This document shows, one piece after another, positions 38,276-47,273 of a stretch of 64,000 bases of DNA. The position numbers were made by a program, and so were the translations under genes. The DNA comes from Armatimonadota bacterium (GTDB taxonomy: Bacteria > Armatimonadota > SYMT01). The notes under the pieces were generated by a model, which saw only the letters and a program-made list of their open reading frames with translations, was not told the origin of the DNA and searched no databases. The DNA is taken from the NCBI GenBank assembly GCA_046292385.1, contig JBKBRF010000023.1, forward strand, positions 1 through 64,000, read 5' to 3'. Position 1 is the stretch's first letter. Every line of letters starts with the position of its first letter.

Positions 38276-39940
38276 ATGTCACGCCGTGTCTCCACCCTCA
38301 ACCGCAGGCGGCTGCTTCAGGCTCTGCCCGGGGCCGCAGCCTCCATGGCCGTTCTCCCGGCGTGGGCAGGCATTAGGAACGAAAGGAGCAGGTTCGATCT
38401 CTCCGCCTCCGGGCATTCGCTGGGGGAAGTCCTGGCGGCACTCGGTCGCGCTTCCGGGGTCACCCTGACCGCTTCTGCCGGGATCGCGGAGGAGCGGATT
38501 GGCCTGCAGCTCCGCGGTCAGCCGCTCCCCCAGCTCATGCGGAGCGTCGCCCGGCTCTTCGGCTACACGTGGAAGGAGAGCTCGTCGGGCGAGCTCCGGC
38601 AGTACCGCCTGGAGCCGACGCGGCGGACCCGCGGCCTGGAGGCTTATCTGCGGCGCATCCAGCTCCGCGACGGCCTGCCGGAGCTGCGTCAGAGCGCCCT
38701 CCGATCGCTCGACGCGCTGAATGGCTCCCCCTTCACCCGTCAGGAAGCTACGGAGCACCACTTCGGCGACTCTGCCCGAGCAGGCCTCTTCCTTTCCGCG
38801 CTCACGGAGGCGCAGGCGGAGGCCATGCTTCACCGTGGATCGCTCCAGCTCGCGCCGACCCAGCTCTCCCCGCTGCAGCGAGAGCTGCTCCAGGAGTACG
38901 TGCGGGTCTGCCTGGCCCGGAACCTCGACCTCACCCCGGAGGAGCGGGAGCGGCAGATCGAACGGCTCGCAGTCGAGGGGCTGGGTACCCGCAGTGTGTT
39001 TCTTCGTGCTGCACCGACTCGCCACGGCGTCGAGCTGGCGATGCACGTTCCTGACAGTGGGCAAGAGACGGTGGCTCTCCGCTCGAGCCGCCTGGAGTGG
39101 CCCCCGGGCCTTTGCCCCTACGACTACGCCGAGCCTGCCCACCAGGAGCGGGCAAGACCCGTTCGGACCGGAGGGGCGGTCCATGCTGAAGTGCCGGGCG
39201 ACTGGTCGGAAGTAGTGGTCCTGATCGCGCGGCTCTTCGGCAAGCCGGTCCTCTGTGACTGGCTGACCAGCGACCCGTACACCGCGGTACTCCGCTCGAA
39301 GGCGCGGGGAGCCTACCAGGCGCCGGACCGCGAGGCGTTTCTCACCGCACTCTGCGAGCGGTGGCTGATGCTCTGGTGGGAGGACGAGGAGGCCCTCTAC
39401 CTGCAAGACCGTGCCTGGTATCTCGCCAGATTGCAGGAGCCGCCGCTCTCCGTCCGTCGACGCCTGGAGCTGGACGTGCGCTCCGGCCGCCTCCGACGCG
39501 CCACCCTCGACGCCCTGGCCGATCTCCCACGGCCTCAGCTCCGCACCCTGGTGGAGCAGATGGAGGCGGAAGAGCTCTTCGCGGTCAGCGAGAGCGGACT
39601 GGCTGACTGGCTCTCCATCTACCGCCTGGGGAGTCTTGCGCAGAGAGAAGCAGTGCTCCGACAGGGCATCGGCCCGCACCAGCTCACTCCGAGCCAATGG
39701 CAGCTCCTGCGCGCCCTACCTCCGGACAGCATCTTCTATCCGGCGGGCGAGGTGCCTCCGGACCGATGGGTATTCCGGCTCACCCAGAATCCCGAGCCTC
39801 CCGACACGGACGAACATGGGAAGCGGGCTCATCTTCGCATTACCTGCTCCGCGGGGGGCGAGGCGGTGGTGATCAGGGTCTTTCGCACGTCAGCGCGCCC
39901 CTTGAACCCAGCGCTGGTCTGCAGACTCTCCGGCGAGTAA
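38276..39940 (+). CDS. Tat-exported hypothetical protein with secretin-N/STN-like segments
   Basis: NRRRLL signal; SLGEVLAALGRASGVTL..L.G.PL..LM...ARLFGYTW pattern. Confidence 0.55.
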   Translation: MSRRVSTLNRRRLLQALPGAAASMAVLPAWAGIRNERSRFDLSASGHSLGEVLAALGRASGVTLTASAGIAEERIGLQLRGQPLPQLMRSVARLFGYTWKESSSGELRQYRLEPTRRTRGLEAYLRRIQLRDGLPELRQSALRSLDALNGSPFTRQEATEHHFGDSARAGLFLSALTEAQAEAMLHRGSLQLAPTQLSPLQRELLQEYVRVCLARNLDLTPEERERQIERLAVEGLGTRSVFLRAAPTRHGVELAMHVPDSGQETVALRSSRLEWPPGLCPYDYAEPAHQERARPVRTGGAVHAEVPGDWSEVVVLIARLFGKPVLCDWLTSDPYTAVLRSKARGAYQAPDREAFLTALCERWLMLWWEDEEALYLQDRAWYLARLQEPPLSVRRRLELDVRSGRLRRATLDALADLPRPQLRTLVEQMEAEELFAVSESGLADWLSIYRLGSLAQREAVLRQGIGPHQLTPSQWQLLRALPPDSIFYPAGEVPPDRWVFRLTQNPEPPDTDEHGKRAHLRITCSAGGEAVVIRVFRTSARPLNPALVCRLSGE

Positions 39941-40039
39941 AGACCCTTGCTCGGCGTGCCGAGAGGTCGTCTCCAGGGCTGCCGTTCGGCCGCGTAGACC
40001 CACAGACGACCTCTCGATCGGCGGAGTACACCGCTGAGC

Positions 40040-40225
40040 TTACTCTGCGCCGCGCGCACCCGTGCGCTCCTCGCTCCCGGCGGCTTCTTCGTCCGCGTCC
40101 GGCGGCGGCTCCCGGTGCAGCCGGCCCTCCTTGTCCTGCCACGCGTCCGCGTCCATTCCCTCCGGCGCCACCCGGTCCGGCTGGCGCTCCGTCTGCCACT
40201 CGCGGCGGCTGTCGTTCTGCTCCAC
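40040..40225 (-). CDS. Small acidic hydrophilic protein
   Basis: GTG start after GGAGGAGGAG RBS; 61 aa. Confidence 0.5.
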   Translation of the reverse strand: MEQNDSRREWQTERQPDRVAPEGMDADAWQDKEGRLHREPPPDADEEAAGSEERTGARGAE

Positions 40226-40345
40226 GGCTCCTCCTCCTGGTCGATTGCCGGTGGTACATTCCCACCGGCACGGCATTCCACGCGCCGGCTTCGCCGTTTC
40301 GGTGGCCAGGAGTGCGGGGAAGATGCCGGGTGGGAGGAATGGGCG

Positions 40346-40783
40346 ATGTCACGCAACCGAATCGAGCAGCATCCGGACGAATACCGGGACGACCTGAACC
40401 CGAACTATACCGCCGGGGAGAACTACGGCCAGCCGACCTACGACACCCTGCCGGCTTCCGAGAATAAGGAGATCGTGGAGGCGCTGTCGTTCCTGCGGGT
40501 AGACCAGCTCCGCCAGATCCCGATCATCCAGTCCGGCGGGCGCCTGGAGCAGGGCGCGGTCTACTTCGACCTCCGCCACCCGGAGCGCGGCGAGCTGAAG
40601 GCGCTCGGCTGCATGGAGGCGGGACGGGACAACTGGTACGTCCCCAAGAGCGAGACCGACTATGAGCTCTGGAACCTGCTGATCGGAGTGGATAACTGGG
40701 ACCGCCTGGGCCGCCTCGTCCCCGAAGCGGAGAACGAGGAGGAGACGGCGCCCGCGGGAATGGGGCCCGGCGGCGGCCGGTAG
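40346..40783 (+). CDS. Hypothetical protein
   Basis: GGAGG RBS; protein-like sequence (RLEQGAVYFDL, YVPKSETDYELWN). Confidence 0.7.
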   Translation: MSRNRIEQHPDEYRDDLNPNYTAGENYGQPTYDTLPASENKEIVEALSFLRVDQLRQIPIIQSGGRLEQGAVYFDLRHPERGELKALGCMEAGRDNWYVPKSETDYELWNLLIGVDNWDRLGRLVPEAENEEETAPAGMGPGGGR

Positions 40784-40795
40784 AGTGACGACACG

Positions 40796-41542
40796 ATGCC
40801 GCGCCGCGGACTGACGACCGGAGAGCGGGAGGACGGCGCCGGGGCGGCGCTCCGGGGGCCGTCCTCCGAGCCTCGCGAAGAGAAACAGCCGCTCGATATC
40901 CACCGCATGCTGGAGCTGATCCGCGCGGCGGTGGAGCCGTTCCCAAAGGCGGCGCTGTTCGAGCTGGCGGACGAGGGTCACGCGACGGCCTTCGAGCAGC
41001 TCGTCGCCTGCGTCCTCTCGATCCGCACCCGGGACGAGGTGATGCTCCCGACCGCGCGCCGTCTCTTCGAGCGCGCCCGCACACCCCAAGAGCTCTCCGC
41101 GCTCGACGTCGAGGAGATCGACACCCTCATCCGCGCCTGCTCGTTCCACGAAGCGAAGGCGGCACAGCTCCGGGAGATTGCGCAGCGCGTGGTCGCGGAA
41201 CACGGCGGCGAGCTGCCGTGCGACCGGGAGGTGCTCACCGGCTTTCGCGGCGTCGGTCCCAAGTGCGCCCACCTGGTGCTCGGGATCGCCTGCGGGCAGC
41301 CGTACATCGGGGTCGACATCCACGTGCACCGCGTCACCAACCGGTGGGGCTACGTCAGCGCGACCTCCCCCGAAAGGACGATGGAGGCGCTGGAGGCCCG
41401 GCTGCCCAAAGAGTATTGGATTGAAATAAATCGACTACTCGTACCGTTCGGCAAGCAGATCTGCACCGGAACCCTACCCCGGTGCTCCACCTGCCCCGTC
41501 GAGCCGATGTGCCGGCAGGTCGGCGTCGAGCGTCACCGGTAG
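40796..41542 (+). CDS. nth: Endonuclease III
   Basis: HhH FRGVGPKCA, VDIHVHR, C-x6-C-x2-C-x5-C 4Fe-4S motif. Confidence 0.9.
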   Translation: MPRRGLTTGEREDGAGAALRGPSSEPREEKQPLDIHRMLELIRAAVEPFPKAALFELADEGHATAFEQLVACVLSIRTRDEVMLPTARRLFERARTPQELSALDVEEIDTLIRACSFHEAKAAQLREIAQRVVAEHGGELPCDREVLTGFRGVGPKCAHLVLGIACGQPYIGVDIHVHRVTNRWGYVSATSPERTMEALEARLPKEYWIEINRLLVPFGKQICTGTLPRCSTCPVEPMCRQVGVERHR

Positions 41543-41653
41543 CCGTGAGCGGGATAAGATGCGAAGGAGCTCACGCGCACGGGGATTGGCGTAGACTCCT
41601 CGTAGAGTGCGCGTTGCGTCCAGAGAGCTGCTCCTGAAGACGGAGAACGGCCG

Positions 41654-42025
41654 GTGCGAGTCCTGATCGTAGATGATCACGAAGATTACGCGAACATGTT
41701 CGCGGAGATGCTCCAGCTCTGGGGGTACACGGTTCGGGTCGCCTATTCCGGAGGCGAAGCGCTCACTGCGGCGCGAGAGTTCGCGCCGGAGGTAGTGCTG
41801 TGCGACCTGGTGATGCCGGAGATCGACGGCTGCCAGGTCGCCGAGCAGCTCTGCCGGGAGGCAACCTTCACCGAGACCCGCTTCGTAGCGCTCACCGGCA
41901 TGACGACCAGCGAAGTCCGGGACCGCGCCCTGGCCGCCGGCTTCGAGCGCGTCCTGCTCAAGCCTTTCGACCTCCACGACCTCCGCCGCCTCTTGGAAAA
42001 CCCGGGTGCTGAGGAGCCTGTGTAA
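41654..42025 (+). CDS. Single-domain response regulator (receiver)
   Basis: VLIVDD, CDLVMPEIDG, ALTG, KPF. Confidence 0.9.
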   Translation: MRVLIVDDHEDYANMFAEMLQLWGYTVRVAYSGGEALTAAREFAPEVVLCDLVMPEIDGCQVAEQLCREATFTETRFVALTGMTTSEVRDRALAAGFERVLLKPFDLHDLRRLLENPGAEEPV

Positions 42026-42212
42026 GAAAGGGAGATAAGGAGATGTGTTGGGGATAGGGGGATGAAGTTAAGGACGGAGTAGAGAGGACGGAGTGCAGAG
42101 GACCGAACCTGCCATTCACAACAGGTTCGGAATTCCGCCCTCTGCCCTCATCCCTCTGCCCTTCTAACATCCCCTTATCCCCAGCGCCATCCCCTTATCT
42201 CCTTTTCTTACA
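42022..42212. repeat. Long imperfect inverted repeat of GGGATAAG-like units between convergent genes
   Basis: GTAAGAAAGGGAGATAAGGAGATG..GGGGATAGGGGGATG mirrored by CATCCCCTTATCCCC..CATCCCCTTATCTCCTTTTCTTAC. Confidence 0.7.
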
Positions 42213-42225
42213 CTTCCTATAGGAG

Positions 42226-43044
42226 CTACGCGGCGAGCTTCTCGGCGGGGGTGTCCCAGTAGCGGGCGCGGTGGTAGTGGCGGCAGAGCTGTTCCTCGTA
42301 CTCGCGCGTAGGCGGCGTATTGCCGCTCCATTCCGGCGCCAAGCGCACTGCGTCGCGGGTGAGGCAAACGGTCAGCACGCCTTCGGGACCGATCGTGTTC
42401 TGGATCCAGTCCGGCGAGAGCAGCACCTTGCGTCCGCTCCACCAGGAGCCGGTGTCGATCGCCAGGTAGCGGACCCTGCCGTCGGCGTCGTCCACCAGCA
42501 GGTCGTCCACGTTCCCGATCTCCTGGCCGTCCTCCGCCACCACCGTGAAAGTCTTCAGGGTCTCTCCGCTCTTGATCCGCGGCTCGTCCGGCAGCTCCTC
42601 CTCCGGCCAGCGAGACCGGTCGTCTTCTCCGGGGGTCGCGTCAGAGGGGATCGGACCCATGGCCGCCGCCGGGCCCATCGGCCAACCCCACACCCCCGCC
42701 GCCCCCCAGGCACTCGCAGGCCCCCAGTAGAATGGGAAGCCATAGTAGCGGTGGTAGTCCGCCTCCCAACGCCGCGTAACCGGCGCGCTCAGGTCTACGG
42801 CCGGCGCGTTCTTTACCTGCTCGCGCGTCAGCTTCACGCGGAGCTGCTTCCGCGCCCAGTCGCACCCCTCCACGGACCGCGGGGAGAGCAGCACCCTCCG
42901 GCCGAAGAGCCACGGCCCGGTGCTCACCGCCCAGTAGCGGATCGTCCAGCTCTCGTCGTCCACGTAGACGTCGTCCACCTGACCGATCTCGCCGTCGGTC
43001 GCCAGGATCGAGAGCTCTCGAAAGTGCTGTAATGATCGCAGCAT
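42226..43044 (-). CDS. Tandem PRC-barrel domain protein
   Basis: Two ATDGEIG.VDD..DD.W.RY..TG.W..GR.VLLSP repeats. Confidence 0.9.
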   Translation of the reverse strand: MLRSLQHFRELSILATDGEIGQVDDVYVDDESWTIRYWAVSTGPWLFGRRVLLSPRSVEGCDWARKQLRVKLTREQVKNAPAVDLSAPVTRRWEADYHRYYGFPFYWGPASAWGAAGVWGWPMGPAAAMGPIPSDATPGEDDRSRWPEEELPDEPRIKSGETLKTFTVVAEDGQEIGNVDDLLVDDADGRVRYLAIDTGSWWSGRKVLLSPDWIQNTIGPEGVLTVCLTRDAVRLAPEWSGNTPPTREYEEQLCRHYHRARYWDTPAEKLAA

Positions 43045-43084
43045 CGCTTGCCTCCCGTCCTGACTTACCCCTCCCGGCTGAGGC

Positions 43085-44428
43085 TCACACGCCGGACGGG
43101 TAGGTCTCGGGTGCTTCCCGGGTATGCTTCGCGCGCATGTGCAGCGGCCGGACGGCATGCGACTCCTCGACGTAGAGGAGCGCGTCGTAGCGGCGCGGCA
43201 GCACGGTCGGCACGTAATTGCCGAACGCCTCCCATTCCGGGTGGTAGACCACGCCGATCGCCCGGTGCCCCCGCTCTCGCTGGAGCGGCGCTGCCGCCTG
43301 CTCCCCCTCCAGCAGCAGCAGCGAGTCGCGCCCGGTCGCCTCGTGCAGCGCGTGCTCCCAGCTTCCGGGGCGTCCCGGCGGCACCGGCAGCTCTTCCATC
43401 GGCGCTTCCCAGGCGTTGGCGGCGATGACGGAGCCCCGGTGGGTGCCGAAGCCGACCAGCACCACGCCTTCCCGCCCGCGCGCTTCCCGGCAGAGCTGGC
43501 CGATATTCACCATGCCGCTCGCCGCCATGTCGGTAAAGCGGGCGTCGCCGATGTGGGTGTTGTGCTCCCAGACGATCGCCTTCGCCCGCGGACCGTGGAA
43601 GTCGGTCAGCCGCTCCAGCGTCTGCATCATGTGGCGGTCCCGCACGTTCCAGGAGTCGGGCCCGCCCATCACCATGGTGCGGTAGTAGTGCTCCGCGTTC
43701 CGCGCCACCAGCGCGTTCTGCTCCGCGTCGAAGTAGGCCTCGCGGGTGCCGTCCAGGTACTGAGGCGCGTTGCGGCGCAGCTCCAGCAGCACGGAGACGA
43801 CCTCCCGCTCGCAGCCCCCCGGCACCCAGCGGGTGGAGCGGGCGTACTCCTGCACGTCGCCGCGGAAGGCGTCGAAGCAGCCGTACGCCTCCCGTGCCCG
43901 CTGCACCGCGTCCGGCGACTGTTCCTGCAGATACTGGATCACTTCCGCCATGGAGCTCCAGAGGCTGTAGACGTCCAGGCCGTAGAACCCGATCCGCTGC
44001 GCTTCCGGCAGCTCGTCGTTCAGCTCCCGCAGCCACTCCGCCAGCTCCACGATCTCCTCGTTCGCCCACATCCAGGTCGGCCAGCGGTCGAAGGCGTGGA
44101 GCACCTCCTGCGCGCTGTTGCCGGAGTCGTGGCAGGCTTTCACGTACCGGTTCACCCGGTAGCAGTCCGGCCAGTCCCCCTCCACGGCGATGAACGAGAA
44201 GCCCTTCTCCTCGATCAACCGCTTGCTGATCTCCGTCCGCCAGGTGTAGAACTCGGAGGTCCCGTGGGTCGCCTCTCCCAGCAGGACGAACCGGGAGTCT
44301 CCGATCCGCTCCATCAGCGGGTCGAGATCGCTCGGGTCCCGCAGCGGGCGCGCAATCTCGCGGATCGCCGGGACCAGCTCGGAAAGGTCGCTGGTGCCCG
44401 GCTCGTGGCTCAGGTGCATCCGTCGCAT
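43085..44428 (-). CDS. Erythromycin esterase family protein
   Basis: LLGEATHGTSEFY, AVEGDWPD, SWNVRDRHM, VWEHNTHIGDAR, RAIGVVY. Confidence 0.9.
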   Translation of the reverse strand: MRRMHLSHEPGTSDLSELVPAIREIARPLRDPSDLDPLMERIGDSRFVLLGEATHGTSEFYTWRTEISKRLIEEKGFSFIAVEGDWPDCYRVNRYVKACHDSGNSAQEVLHAFDRWPTWMWANEEIVELAEWLRELNDELPEAQRIGFYGLDVYSLWSSMAEVIQYLQEQSPDAVQRAREAYGCFDAFRGDVQEYARSTRWVPGGCEREVVSVLLELRRNAPQYLDGTREAYFDAEQNALVARNAEHYYRTMVMGGPDSWNVRDRHMMQTLERLTDFHGPRAKAIVWEHNTHIGDARFTDMAASGMVNIGQLCREARGREGVVLVGFGTHRGSVIAANAWEAPMEELPVPPGRPGSWEHALHEATGRDSLLLLEGEQAAAPLQRERGHRAIGVVYHPEWEAFGNYVPTVLPRRYDALLYVEESHAVRPLHMRAKHTREAPETYPSGV

Positions 44429-44430
44429 CG

Positions 44431-45117
44431 TTACTCCTTGGCTGAGTCCTCGCTGCCGAGGTGCCGCACGAACCACTCGCCGGCGAGCCGCGCCACCTCT
44501 TCTAGGGTGCCGGGCTCCTCGAACAGGTGCGTGGCGCCCGGCACGATCACCATCTCCTTGTCGCAGGTGAGCTGTGCCAGCGCTTCCTCGTTGAGCCGGA
44601 TCACCGGCGAGTCGTGTCCACCCACGATCAGCAGGGTCGGCGCCTGCACCCGCGGCAGAAACTCTCCCGCCAGGTCCGGACGCCCCCCCCGAGAGACGAC
44701 GGCATGGATCAGTCCCGGATGCTGCGCCGCGGCAACCAGCGCCGCCCCACCACCGGTGCTCGCTCCGAAGCAGCCGACCTGCAGCGCGGCGGTCTGCCGC
44801 TGGCTGCGCAGCCAGGCCGCGGCCTCCCCGAGCCGCGAGGCGAGGAGACCGATATCGAACCGGAGTGCGCGAGTGCGCAGGTCGACCGTTTCCTCTTCTC
44901 GGGTCAACAGGTCCATCAGCAGCGTGCCCAGGCCCCGCCGCTGCAGCTCCTGGGCCACGAAACGGTTCCTCGGGCTGTGGCGGCTGCTGCCGCTGCCGTG
45001 GGCGAAGAGCACCAGACCGCGCGCGCCGGGAGGGACGATCAGGCTGCCTTCGAGCAGCTGGTCCTCCACGGGAATCTGGACCTCGCGATTGATGGCGAGG
45101 CCGGTTGAAGTCATCAT
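44431..45117 (-). CDS. Dienelactone hydrolase family protein
   Basis: FAHGSGSSRHSPRN, FGASTG, SRGGRPDLA, GATHLFEE. Confidence 0.9.
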   Translation of the reverse strand: MMTSTGLAINREVQIPVEDQLLEGSLIVPPGARGLVLFAHGSGSSRHSPRNRFVAQELQRRGLGTLLMDLLTREEETVDLRTRALRFDIGLLASRLGEAAAWLRSQRQTAALQVGCFGASTGGGAALVAAAQHPGLIHAVVSRGGRPDLAGEFLPRVQAPTLLIVGGHDSPVIRLNEEALAQLTCDKEMVIVPGATHLFEEPGTLEEVARLAGEWFVRHLGSEDSAKE

Positions 45118-45312
45118 CGGGTCAGCCCTCCAGCCAGTAGTTACCCGTCCCGGCCCCGACCGAAAAGGTCACGCCCAGATTCGGGCGCGCCGCGGCGGGG
45201 CCGGAAGGATGCCGGCACGGTTCGGCCCGGAGAATTGCCGAGGGCATGGCGGCCCGGGGGGCGAAGGAGTAGATAAGCCTGGCGGCGCCGGCCGCGAGCC
45301 CGGGAGGAGACG

Positions 45313-45555
45313 ATGGCTGAGAAGACCGAGACTGTCCCCCTCAAAGAGCGCCGCATCCTCGGCCGCACCATTCCGCAGCTCGTGACCCAGGGCGCCGCGG
45401 TGGCGCTGCTCGCCACCTTCATCTTTCAGAACCAGGAGCGCGTGGCGGTGCGCTTCCTCGTCTGGGAGATCGGCGGCGCGCTCGTCTGGGCCCTCACCGC
45501 CTCCGCCGGGCTCGGCTTCCTGATCGGTTACCTCACCCGCGGCCAGAAGGGCTGA
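45313..45555 (+). CDS. LapA/DUF1049-like small membrane protein
   Basis: Two TM helices, FIFQN..V.VRFL.W motif, GGAGG RBS. Confidence 0.65.
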   Translation: MAEKTETVPLKERRILGRTIPQLVTQGAAVALLATFIFQNQERVAVRFLVWEIGGALVWALTASAGLGFLIGYLTRGQKG

Positions 45556-47184
45556 TTAGGAGCCGGTACCGCTCCGGAGCGACCCCACGGCGTCGGCGGC
45601 ATGCGGAGCGACGACGGCGGTGAGTCGGTCGCCCGCGGCGAGACGCATCTCGGCGGTCGGGATGATGTCACGGAGACCGCGGCGCACCGTGATCAGCAGG
45701 CAGCCGGGGGGCAGACCCAGCTCCCGAATCTTCCGGCCGTCGAAAGGCGCGCCAGGTAGGAGCGGCATCTCCACCAGGAGCGACTCCTCCAGCTCCGGCG
45801 ACGACTGGCTCCGCAGCAGGTCGCGCTCCAACAGTGCCTCGTAGACGGGGCGGTCGCCCAGGAGGTCGGCTACCCCGTAGGCTGCCAGGCAGGCCACCAG
45901 CAGCGGCAGCATCTGCTCGTGGCTGCCGGTCATCTCCACGATCATCACGATCCCAGTCAGCGGCGCCCGCACCACGGCGGTGAAGAACGCCGCCATCCCC
46001 ACTACGGCAAAGGCGCCGGGGTGTCCTACCATCCCCGGGGCAACGTGGTCTGCCACCAGGCCTACCCCGAGCCCGACCTGCGCCCCCAGCACCAGCATCG
46101 GCGCGAAGATGCCGCCGGGCGCGCCGGTGCCGTAGCTGACCATCGTCAGGACGAAGCGCAGCACAAAGTAGAATGGGATGAGCGCCAGCGCCACCCGGCC
46201 GGAGAGCGTCTCCTCCACCAGCGGATGCCCGCCGCCCAGCATCTCCGGGGCGAACCACCCGACCAGCCCCACCCCCGCCCCGACTACCGCCGCGCGCGCC
46301 GCGGGCGCCAAACTCGTGGTACGCTGCGTGAAGGAGAGCGTCCGCAGCAGCATCCGGTTGAAGAGAACGCCGAGCACCCCCGCCACCGCTCCGAGCACTA
46401 GAAAGGCGGGAATGGAGGCGAGCGGAGGGATCGGATAGGCCGTGACGTGAAAGACGGGGAGCTGACCTAACAGCCCGCGCGCCACGATGTCGGCGGTTAC
46501 CGCGGCCACGAACGCCGCGGTGAAAACGCCTGCGGAGAAATCGCGCTGCAGCTCCTCCAGCACGAAGACGAGCCCCGCCAGCGGCGCGTTGAACGCCGCC
46601 GCCAGCCCCGCTCCGGCACCGGCGGCGACCAGTGTCTGTCGCTCCCGCGGCGTGCTCCTGAACCACTGGGCCACCGCCTGTCCGGCGGCACCCCCCATCT
46701 GAACGGTGGGGCCCTCCCGCCCCAGGACCAGCCCGCCGCCGATCGCCGTAACCCCTCCCAGGAATTTCACCGCGATGATCCGCGCGCCGATCATCCCGCG
46801 GAGCCGGTGCAGCACCGCCTTGAGGTGCGGGATCCCGCTCCCCGAGGTCTCCGGCGCGAACCGGCGGACCATCCAGACCGAGACGGCGGCGCCGAACGCC
46901 GAGTAGAGCATCGGCAGCAGCCAGCCCCACGCCGGGTAGCCGTAAGCGAGCTCGGTCAGCCGTTCCCGCAGCAGGTCCGCCGCCCGCAGGGACCAGCGAA
47001 ACGCCACCGCCACCAGGCCCGCCAGGAGACCGACCATGAGGGCGCGCGGCAGGAGGTGGCGGCGCTGCTCGTGGGAGCGGATAAAGTCCCGCACCTCCCC
47101 CACGACTGCCCGCGCCGCCTCCAGCGACGATCGCTCCTCTCCCGCCCCGCCCGTCGGTTCGAGCTCGTTCGCTTTTTCCGGCAC
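45556..47184 (-). CDS. clcA: ClC H+/Cl- exchange transporter with C-terminal TrkA-C domain
   Basis: GSGIP, GREGP, AFNAP..FVLEE, GGIFAP, EMT; C-terminal RCK-C-like segment. Confidence 0.9.
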   Translation of the reverse strand: MPEKANELEPTGGAGEERSSLEAARAVVGEVRDFIRSHEQRRHLLPRALMVGLLAGLVAVAFRWSLRAADLLRERLTELAYGYPAWGWLLPMLYSAFGAAVSVWMVRRFAPETSGSGIPHLKAVLHRLRGMIGARIIAVKFLGGVTAIGGGLVLGREGPTVQMGGAAGQAVAQWFRSTPRERQTLVAAGAGAGLAAAFNAPLAGLVFVLEELQRDFSAGVFTAAFVAAVTADIVARGLLGQLPVFHVTAYPIPPLASIPAFLVLGAVAGVLGVLFNRMLLRTLSFTQRTTSLAPAARAAVVGAGVGLVGWFAPEMLGGGHPLVEETLSGRVALALIPFYFVLRFVLTMVSYGTGAPGGIFAPMLVLGAQVGLGVGLVADHVAPGMVGHPGAFAVVGMAAFFTAVVRAPLTGIVMIVEMTGSHEQMLPLLVACLAAYGVADLLGDRPVYEALLERDLLRSQSSPELEESLLVEMPLLPGAPFDGRKIRELGLPPGCLLITVRRGLRDIIPTAEMRLAAGDRLTAVVAPHAADAVGSLRSGTGS

Positions 47185-47273
47185 CCGGTCCCAACCTTCA
47201 CCACACGCGCAAGACGCCCGACCGAAACTCCGGCCGGGCGTCGCGCAACACGCGAGTCCGCTCTATACCGCTG

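Noticed and set aside
43085..44428. Macrolide resistance gene (ere)
   Set aside because: Belongs to the widespread erythromycin-esterase-like family next to a DLH hydrolase, with no mobile context; resistance cannot be inferred
45556..47184. Fluoride-specific CLC-F
   Set aside because: Has canonical GSGIP/GREGP chloride-type motifs and no upstream fluoride riboswitch
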